A stretch of DNA of 64,000 nucleotides from Amoebidium appalachense (taxonomy: Eukaryota > Protista > Ichthyosporea): positions 11,000,161 to 11,064,160 of the forward strand of contig CAVNZM010000001.1 in the NCBI GenBank assembly GCA_963693365.1. Reading direction: 5' to 3'. This document shows positions 47,551 to 64,000 of the stretch, one piece after another. The notes below the pieces were generated by a model that saw only the letters and a list, made by a program, of their open reading frames with translations, ran no database searches and was not told the DNA's origin. The position numbers were made by a program, and so were the translations under genes. The stretch's first letter is position 1, and each line of letters begins with the position of its first letter.

Positions 47551-48700
47551 TAATTTTTTATTATTGTTTTCTTTTTATTTTTTATATTTATTTTTTATCA
47601 CGTTTTGTTCCCGGAGGGCCTTTTCAGGCCCTCTAGGGAAACTACCGTCTATCAGACAGCACTGACAGTACACTATTAAGGTGCTATCTATGAGCTCAGC
47701 TAAGCTAAACCATCCTTCACAACCTAACTACAAGTACACACTTTGCCCAGGGCTGCTACCCCAGCCACGCCGGCAGGAGGCTCCAGTCCTCCCCTCCATT
47801 CAAAACCTAGCAATAAACGTTTACCGAGGGCTCTCATTGGTCGATCCACAGTATTGGGAAGTCCTAAGTGTTGTGTATAGTATATAGTATTTACGGTGGG
47901 TATGGGTGGATGATGGGGTGTGGTGGTGGTGGTGGGGGGGGGTTGCTGCCTAACATTATGTGCTGTTGTACGTATGTTGTGGCGATGTTTTTGTGAACTA
48001 GAAGGTGGGTTTTACAGGGCACACTGGGTCTGGGGTGTGTTCCGGCAGTCAGAACAGGCTGGCCGGGTGTGTGTGGGGGGTATATTTGTTGGTGTCTTGG
48101 GTTTTTGGGGAGCCATACTTTTCTTTCAACGGGTGGTGGGTATATGGTGGTGTTTTTGCATTTTGGGGTGGGTGGGGGGGAGGGTTGTGTTCCATGGGTG
48201 CCAAATTTTTGAAAAGAAAAAGGACTGCAACTCTACTGTGATTTTTCCTAAGATGGCCCCGGGTGGTGGTCTTGGTGGTGCCGGTGGCTGCAAGTAGTGG
48301 GCCCACCGATCGTGGGCAGAATCCCCGTTCGACCCACTTGATGTCTTCGGGGTCTGGTGGGTCACCGTTGCCTCCTATCCAGTTTATCCATGCACATTGG
48401 TCTACCACCGTGGCTGCCGTATGGTGGTGCTGTGCCGTGGGGGTATTTGACGGGCAGGCCCAGAGGTGGGTGGTGGTCTCAGGGTGCTGGCTGCACCGGG
48501 GGCATGTGGGCTGTGTAACGACGGTGGGGTGATCTCGGTGTAGCCGTGTCATGGTAGGCAGGGTGCCCATGGCCAGGGACAGGCTACGAATGTTGCCTCT
48601 GACGGCCCCGATGGTTGCCTGTGCGGGTCCCTTGTTGAGCTTGAGGGGGTTCCGTTCGGCTGGGAGCAGTCTGGGGTCGGTGGAAGGTGATGGTGGTGGT
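47551..48700 (-). mobile_element. 5'-truncated non-LTR retrotransposon (L1/Tx1-like) 3' end
   Basis: Minus-strand frame reads IRSLSLAMGTLPTMTRLHRDHP...TCPRCSQHPETTTHLWACP, a zf-RVT-type C-terminal zinc finger. It is followed by a 3' UTR with a stem-loop (gagggcc/ggccctc at 47614-47633) and an A-rich tail (T-rich on + at about 47551-47600). Confidence 0.75.
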
Positions 48701-48740
48701 GGGGGAGGGGAAGGGGGGGGGGGGGAAGGGAAGGGGGCGA

Positions 48741-48777
<37 letters not shown>

Positions 48778-48977
48778 CGGGGGAGGGGGAGAGGAGGAGG
48801 CACAGCAACGGACCGGGTGAAGAAGGATGTGTGTGTGTGCGTTATGGTGGAGGGGAACAAGGGGGAGGGGAGCTTGGGGGGGGGGGGGGGGGGGGGGGGG
48901 GGGAGGGGGGAAGGTATACTTTCAGTGGGGGAAGAAGAAAGGGATTTGGGACAACTAACAGTGGTGTATTTTCACAG

Positions 48978-52107
<3,130 letters not shown>

Positions 52108-52546
52108 ATCCCCCACACCCCCCCCCCCCCCCCCCCCCCCCACCCCCACATTCTTTGGTGATTTTAGGAATGTTGGCGCTTGCTCTTTTTCGCTGTGTGA
52201 ATCTTTTTGTCCGTTAAGCACCAACAACTTTTAATGGTGTTTCTTTTAGATCGTTTATATTAGTTCTTTGGGCCCGTTTACTTGAACCTAGAGAGTAGCG
52301 AAATCACACGGGATCAGAAATTCGAAGTCCTGTGGCATATGTGACCTTTCCTTTATTTTTTGATGACTTCTTTAATGACAATCGATTTTTTCTTCTTCTT
52401 TTTTTTTTTTTTTAACTCTCTTATTCATGTTTATTAAACCTCTATTTAAATGCTCTGTGCAAATAAACGGCACTGGCCTGCCGGAAAAAACTCAGTGACA
52501 GTGTGGTACTTCAGCTGCAATTATATTAACCTACCCCCCCTTCCCC

Positions 52547-52582
<36 letters not shown>

Positions 52583-52753
52583 CCCCCCCCCCCGCGCGCG
52601 CGCGCCAAACAAGGAAAAATATGAGATAAAAAAAAAACAAAGAGTTATCCGTTGGGTTGCCTCTTCGCTAGCCCAGAAAAGACTGTCTTTGTTATCCTTG
52701 GTATCCATGTGTTCACATCATAGCTCAAATGCAAAAGGAAAAAGGAAAAAAGT

Positions 52754-52827
52754 TGGCCCTTACAGGGATCGAACCTGTGACCTTGGCGTTATTAGCACCA
52801 CGCTCTAACCGACTGAGCTAAAAGGCC
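52754..52827 (-). tRNA. tRNA-Ile (anticodon AAT)
   Basis: Reverse complement GGCCTTTTAGCTCAGTCGGTTAGAGCGTGGTGCTAATAACGCCAAGGTCACAGGTTCGATCCCTGTAAGGGCCA forms a cloverleaf with A/B boxes and anticodon AAT, followed by a T-run Pol III terminator. Confidence 0.97.
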
Positions 52828-52885
52828 GATGGTGTGGTTGTCACCCATCTTTAATATGTTGATTAATGTATAATTTTCCACGTCT

Positions 52886-56191
<3,306 letters not shown>

Positions 56192-57396
56192 CTGTGTTGG
56201 GAAAGAATCACGGGTGAGACTGGAATAGTCAAAAGAATCTTGCCCGCTTTTTCTTTTTTTTTCTTTTTCTTTTTTTTTTCGTCTTTGGGCCAGAGGATGT
56301 GGATGGGAGGGAAAATGATGGGGGGAAGGGGGGGAAGGGGGGAAGGGGGGGGGAAGGGAGGGGGGAGGGGGAGAGGGGAGGAGGGAGGGAGGGGTTGGAT
56401 TCTGCGATGCGAGCCAGAGAGATAGATTACATACACATCATCCCTTGCCCCCTAACACCTCCTCCGTGGTTTCAAATCCGGAAACCAGCAAGGAATTAAA
56501 CCGATAAAAAAAAATAGGGAAAAAAACGAAAAGACAAAGAATCTGACTTTAAAACCTACAGAACGGAGGCAAAACATTTGAGGATGCGTGGGCATATAGC
56601 TACGGAGGCCTCAAATGGGATCTTTCATATCTGCTCCCATCGCCAGGGGATTCAGACTCTCAAAAATGGAGCAAAAATTGGTCTGCGGATATCCCAAAGA
56701 CCCCGCTTTCCGACTATAAACCCGCACCCGCCCCCTTCAAAACCCATTCCGTCCCGCCTACTACGCCCGTCACTATGTTCCGTTGATCGTTCGGTGAGCC
56801 GGTCAACTTTGCATCGACTCACACCTTTCAGGCACGCACCCCTCCCCCCAGCCCCCTCCCCCTCCCCCTCCCCTCCCCCCCTCCCCCCCCCCCCCCCCCT
56901 CCCCCTCCCCTTCCTCTCTAGATTCCGTTTCCTGGGCTTTGGGGTTTCCTTTTGGAAGTTCCCCTATCACTCGTTGTCACTCGCTGTCCCTCCCCCTCCC
57001 TGTTCCCTATCTCCCATTTCCTCTCGACCTCTCCCCCTCCCTCCACTCCTCCCCCCTCCCCCCCCCCCCCCTTTCCGCCCGCCCCTTCACACACACACAC
57101 ACACACACACACCAGCAAGTTTCACATATTTAAACAAATCCCCCACCCCTCTACCTTTCCGCCCCACCAACACCTAGTGTTCTATTCCAGCCCCTATCTG
57201 TGCAAAAAGTACTCTAGCATGCACTTAAATACCAGCTCTTTACCGGTTTCCTCCCATCACTGTGGCGCCATATATGGTTTTGTTAACAGTAACATATCAA
57301 CGAAACATAATTTCCATTTAGGTTTCCTCCCCTAACTCTAGTGGCAAATGTTTTTGTCAACAACAACATACCCACGAACAAAATTTCCATTTTTAG

Positions 57397-58825
57397 GTAT
57401 TTCCAGAAGGCAAGGCGCCTGCCCGTTGTGCCGGGATACATCTTGCTACAACAGCGAAAAACACCAGCCTGTCCAGGAATTTGATCCAGACTTTGGCATA
57501 TCCCACACCGGAAAATGAATATATCCGTGCTATCAATCAGGTTTGTCCCCCCCCCCTTTCCCCCCCCCCGAACCCATTTTTAACGACTAAGGGTCCAAAA
57601 CAGACTACGTACCCCGGCAGACTAGTGAACTTAGCCGACTGCCGGCCGTCTTTCAGTCTGAAATGACGTTACATTATTTACTACCATAACGGGTAATAGA
57701 AACTGTGACGTCATTTTAGATTGAAAGCCAGTCGGCAGTCGGCTGAAGTTCATTAGTCTAACGGGGTACGTAGTCTGTATGGAAGCTTTTCTCCTCAAAT
57801 ATTCAGGCTGAATCAAATGTGGAAGGATGTACTTCGAAGTTGAACGTAAATTTATCCGTTATCTAGTGTGTATGTGTGTTTGCTGCTAATACAAGAAGAT
57901 ATTTAAACTGCTGACAACCCACAACCAACTAACCCCACACCACCTTACTTCTTTTCAAAACCCCCTTTCCACCATCCCTCCCCCCGCCTCCCCCCCCCCT
58001 CCCACCCCCCTCCCCTCCCTCTCCCCTCCATCCCCTCTTTCTCCCTTCTTGCTCTCTTCCCCCCCCCCCCCCCCCCCCCCACCTCTCTCAACACAAACAC
58101 ACACAAACACACAAAAAAACATAGCGGTGGGCAACATTCCATTGTTTAAAGACGCCACCCGCATGCGTGCCATTTGGAACATGCGCGTCTACGCCGCACA
58201 CTATGTCTCCACATATTACGCCTTCTCTAGTTTTCTACCCGAACCGCCAACCAATCGAATATCCCGAAATCGTCGCTGCAAAGCCGTTCCGCCACTTTCT
58301 ATTGGACGTTTTGCTCCAAAACATGTCGGCAAGCGATGCCATTGGTCGAGCCTGTCGCACAATTAACCACCTGCTTCTTTCCATCTGCCAATCAAATCAC
58401 GTATTGCTGACGTCACACTGCCGTGCGACGAATCAACGGGCGAGAAACCAATGGTAGTTTCGCTCAGAAACGCTGAAAACTTGATGTGCCGGGGAGGTTT
58501 ATCGGAACAGATGCCCATGACGGCGCACGTTGGGTGCCGCTATGTGGGGTCCAAAACTGCGGTGGCGAAATTCGTGTATGCACTGACCGGAATTGGCCTG
58601 GCTTATTCCTTTGTTATGGCGGTGTTGGTAGTGGCCAAGAGAGATAGCCCATATGTCAGAAATGGGGCATATTCGGCATTGTTCGTAGGGGCCCCCCTCC
58701 CCCCCCGTTTTCTCCACCCCTTTCGCGGAAAACACACACAAACACGTGCACACCCAAACACTGGCACTAATAGGGACTCACACCAACACGCACAGACACG
58801 CACACGTGCATATGCGTCGTCGCCC

Positions 58826-58856
<31 letters not shown>

Positions 58857-59776
58857 ACACACGTTTCTCCTCCCACTTTCCAAAATACGCACACGGATTC
58901 CCTCCCTTCCCAGCTGCCTTGTGTCTCAACTCACTTCACAGCTAACAGTGCGTGCTTTACAACAGCAACGGATTATGGATGAACTTGAGTATGATAGATG
59001 TGCCTATTTACTATGGCGTGGTGAGTATGAGAAGCGCGCGCGTGTGTGTGTTTTGGGGGGGGGGGGGGGGGGAAGAGTCCTTTGGTTAGCTTTCTTACTT
59101 GCATGCAACCACAGCCTAATATGGAGCGCTGTGGAAGTGCTGACGCTTTTGTTTTTTTAACCACAGGTTCTGATTGGAGGCTGCACTTTAGTTTTCATTG
59201 CCCTCAGCCTATTGGTTGGCAGCCCGACCGCATCTCGGGTCAAGGGTGCCGTGTGGCTAGTGTGTCTGGGCTCTGGTTTTGTTCTTCCCATCCTCATTCT
59301 CAAGAATATTCTTATTTGCCAGGTAAATGCCCCCCCCCCCCCCCCCCCCTCCGCCCCCCTCTTCCCCCCCCCCCCCCTCTCCCAAAAATAAATAAATAAA
59401 TAACTTTGAAACTGAAATAAATAAATAAATAGACAAATAAAAAAAATAAAAATAAAACCACCACCCCCGCCTGCCAGCCTGCCTGCACGCCCGCCCGTCC
59501 GCCCTCCCGCCTGTTCCCTTTCCCCGCCGTCAATGCAGACACTCTTTTGTGTGCGCTTTATCTTGCACAATCGGCATGTGTTTTCGTTTTGACAGGGAAA
59601 TTTGTGCTCTGTAACAATTATTTATGCATCCCCCCTCCCCCCCCCCCCTCCCCCCTCCCCCCGTCAGCTATGCTGTATTCTGTTTGCACATGCACTCCTA
59701 AAACTAGCGATGTGTTTTGAGTCATGAGTGTTTAACTAGTGCACTGTAGCACATTCTATCTCTCCTTCCATCCCCC

Positions 59777-59807
<31 letters not shown>

Positions 59808-60707
59808 AAAAAAAAAAAAAAAAACACCACTCTTTTTAAGCTAAATGCTAACCATCTAATCAACAAGGCAGCTTAAAGCAAACAGGGTCCGCCGCCTACT
59901 CCTTGGCCCACAAAGACGTGCAGCCAATCACATGGGCCTGCCAGGCTGTTGCTATTTCTGTCACACAGGTGCTAAATATAGCCCTTCTGATTTGGTACAC
60001 CACGAGTAACCCGATCGGGCGAGAGATCGTCATGGAATCGAAATCAATCGGAGATTTCCGCATTGAAAATATAGAATATGTTGTGGTACGTGCCGGCACC
60101 AGGCATGCAAGTTTCATTGTTCTGGCCGCCTACCACTCTCTTCTACTTCTCATGGCATTCTCTCTGTCGCAATATTTCCGAAGGGTACGCCATGAATACA
60201 GTGAGAACAAGTAGGGCCCTGTCCATCTTCCATAATTTCTTATCAGAAATTTACTAAAGGCAGGGAAGCCTCCCCTCTCACCCCCTACCCCTCCACCCCC
60301 CCCCCCCCCCCCCCCTCTCTCTCTCCCCTGGCAGCAAAAAAAAAATAAAAAAAATAAACGAACCAACCCCCCCCCCCCCCCCCCCTCCCCTCCCCTCTCA
60401 ACCCATGTTCCCTGAGCTAGTAAGCATTCTCATCGGAATCCAGATATGTTTTCGATGGGTGCATGCATCCTACCCCCCCCCCCCCCCCCTCCCCTCCCCC
60501 CCACCACACACACAAATAAAAACACACAGATTTCGGGACAGAGGGAAAATCCCGTGGTGAAATCACGGAAAACGAACATCTTGCGGATTCGAGTTACGGG
60601 CTTAAGGTGGAGAAGGAATCCCGGGATTTGAGCGAACTTCTGCAAAGATACAGGAATTGCAAAAGGCGGTGGTTGCTGCAAAGCAAGCCTTGGCGGATGC
60701 ATACTAA
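57397..60707 (+). CDS. Second class C GPCR-like paralogue, divergently oriented; frameshifted and apparently lacking the TM6-7 exon
   Basis: Exons 57397-57540, about 58124-58670, 59167-59322, about 59868-60210 and 60530-60707. Shares EI.AA.PFR.FL.DV...N.S..DAIGRAC, CRY...A...VY..T..GL.YS, LIW....NP.G and HASF..LA.Y with the minus-strand gene, and has the same phase-2 intron after ENK. Confidence 0.7.
57600..57778. repeat. Long imperfect inverted repeat (arms about 73 bp, spacer about 30 bp): MITE or hairpin RNA
   Basis: acagactacgtaccccg...aaatgacgttaca is mirrored by tgtgacgtcatttt...cggggtacgtagtctgt. Confidence 0.85.
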
Positions 60708-62348
60708 GCAAAAAAAATTTAGTACTACGGTAAAAGTAGAAAAGAATTGAAAAAAAGCTACCGTATATTATGCACGTTAGCCTGTGGTATAGATGCAAGT
60801 TTAGAAGACTTGTTAGCTTTGAACTAGATTTTGCCAAAAAAAAGACACTACTCTAGTTTATTTGTAAGGTGCTTTTGTATGCTGGTTATCGGGTTTATGG
60901 ATGTGTGTGTGTCTGTATGCCCCTAAATGATTGCTAGAGTGAGCAGATAATTGTGTGTGTATTTAACGATGATACCATCTACAGTATGATGTACGGTCGC
61001 CGAAGGGAATGATAGTAACTTTGCGCCATCTGGGGTATCACGTGATAGCGCACATGCATAAGTGTTAACGTTTTCGTTAGTGTTTGTAACTGTGGGCAGC
61101 GTGTTTCTAGCATGCATCTGGACCGGAGGCCGCAAAAAGACGCAAAAACGTGTGCATTAGGTTTTTGATTTTGAATTATAGTAGTTTAATGTTATTAATA
61201 TTAGTTGGAGGCGGAATATTGCGTGTATCATTTCTTTTCATAGTGGGGTTTTATGCGGAAAATGCAATACTTTAGGGGGGTTTGAAGTACGCAGAAAACG
61301 CCCTTTCAACCTATCCGGGGAATTCGGGTGGGGTAGGTCCTTATTGTGCATAACTTTCTTCATAGGGGGGCACTAGTATAATGTTTTGGCGGTGTGATAA
61401 ATATGTGTATGACTCCCTTTTTCATGGAGTTGGATTTAGCATCACTAGCTAGTGCTTAAACAATATGGAGGGTTTACAGATGGCGAACATTCATTCATAG
61501 GCGGTTCAAAGCAGGCCGCATACGTACATTTTTATCAGGTTATAGGGCGCCGATATGCAATAGGAGTCAGTGTGCCGCAGTGCCATTTAATTATTTAATT
61601 TATGCTCACGTTTATCCTTGCTCTTTGATAGGTCTCTGCCGGCCTGCTCCTCCCCCCCCCTCCTCCCCCCCCCCCCCCCCCCCGCCCCCCCCCACCCCCA
61701 AACAACACACACACAAAAGAAAATTTTTGTTGACATCTTGGCGAGAAGTGAAGGTCATGTGCGGATTTCTTTAGACAGCCAGCAGGAGGGAGGGGGAGAA
61801 GGTTAGAGAAGGGAAGGGGGGGGGGGGGGGGGGGGGGGGGGGGAAGAGGGCAGATATCTCAAGAGTTCCTGATAAGTATTACTAATCACGCAACATTTAT
61901 AGCTCTGATGTGACAGACAGACAAAACCGCCCTTAACTTATTCAAACGAAGAGTCAACAGATACAAGCGAGGGGAAAAAAAAAGAAAGAAAGAAAGAAAG
62001 AAAGAAGAAGGAGTTTTCTCTAGAACGAGGCATCAGACGAGCATGATATACACAACGAGATAGTTACCGAGATAACGTTAACTTCGCCGGATATCCAAGG
62101 AGGATTGATGGCGTAATCTATCATTAGTCCTTTGGATGACGTCACAAACATTGTTGGTTACATATATTTTTCTTTAATTTTAGTTGATTTGAGTCTTAGT
62201 CTAAAGTAGAACATAAACATCAGAGAGAGCAGTTTGGGTTCAGCTGCAGCGGCAAGAGAGAGCAAACAGAAAACCACGTAATCAGAAGAGAGGAAAGCAT
62301 ATACGTTATAAGGGTGGAATCTACATCCACAAGGGAAAAGTTTAGAAG

Positions 62349-63157
<809 letters not shown>

Positions 63158-63331
63158 TGAACCCCCCCCCCCCCCCCCTCCCCGAACCCCCTCCCCCCCC
63201 CCCCGAACACTCATCACCTCCCTCCCCTTCTCGGTTGCCCTTTCTCTCCCACACACACCCTTCCGAAGGATATACCTACACATCATTTTACGCCTGTCCT
63301 CCTCTCCCCCCTTCCCCGTGCATACGTCCTC

Positions 63332-63378
<47 letters not shown>

Positions 63379-64000
63379 ACACACACACACTCACACACCC
63401 ACATGCCCATCCCACACGCCCCCCAAATCCACCTCAACACATTCACACACCACCACCTAGACATGCAACATACACCCTCACAACCGCACCCGCAAGCAAA
63501 CGTCCCCTCCCCCCGCCCCCCTTCCCCCCCGCGCCCGCCGCCGACCATTGTTTGGTGAAGGTGTCTTGCTGGCTTCTGGTTAAGCAGCTTGTGACTGCGC
63601 ATCTGCTTTTGTTTCTATGTGCTTTTTCTGACACTTACACACGTGCGCATGTACATACCTACACACATACTGGCATAGACACATACACACAGGGACACAC
63701 GTGCTCACGTACACAAGCATACTCACACCTGCAATGTACACACACGCATGCATGCACACCTACACACAGACACACTTACGCACCTAAACTCGCACTCAAG
63801 CACACACGGACCCGCTATACCCCCCCTCCCCCCCCCGGCAAATCTTATACATATGAGCGTGTCTACACGTCAACACGTACGTACGTACACACGATCTCAC
63901 TTGCACACGTACACACACACGTACACATATACACACGTACACACGTACACACCTACACACGTACACACGTACACACGTACACACGTACACACGTACACAC

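Overview
Intron-rich eukaryotic DNA whose introns are packed with (CA/TG)n and poly-C/G tracts, so most long entries in the ORF track are microsatellite artefacts. Gene content (BCR-like RhoGEF, class C GPCR-like receptors, CNG-type channel) suggests a unicellular holozoan such as an ichthyosporean; this is inference only. Genes rebuilt by hand from GT-AG exons are: the 3' part of a cyclic-nucleotide-binding cation channel (+), a mitochondrial chalcone-isomerase-fold AIM18/AIM46-like protein (-), a double-DOMON protein (+), a BCR-like oligomerisation-DH-PH-C2 protein with no RhoGAP (+), a plant-PIN-like carrier (+), tRNA-Ile(AAT) (-), two head-to-head class C GPCR-like paralogues, and the start of RBBP4/7 (+). 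A LINE 3' fragment lies before the PIN-like gene. The most striking signal is a family of short interspersed elements found next to poly-C tracts. It has three subfamilies, tandem copies, and one long copy with a possible Penelope-like ORF tail. The elements carry all hammerhead-ribozyme core motifs (CUGANGA, GAAA, GUH) with helices that covary between subfamilies, but the strands are joined in a non-canonical, pseudoknotted order that standard hammerhead searches would miss.
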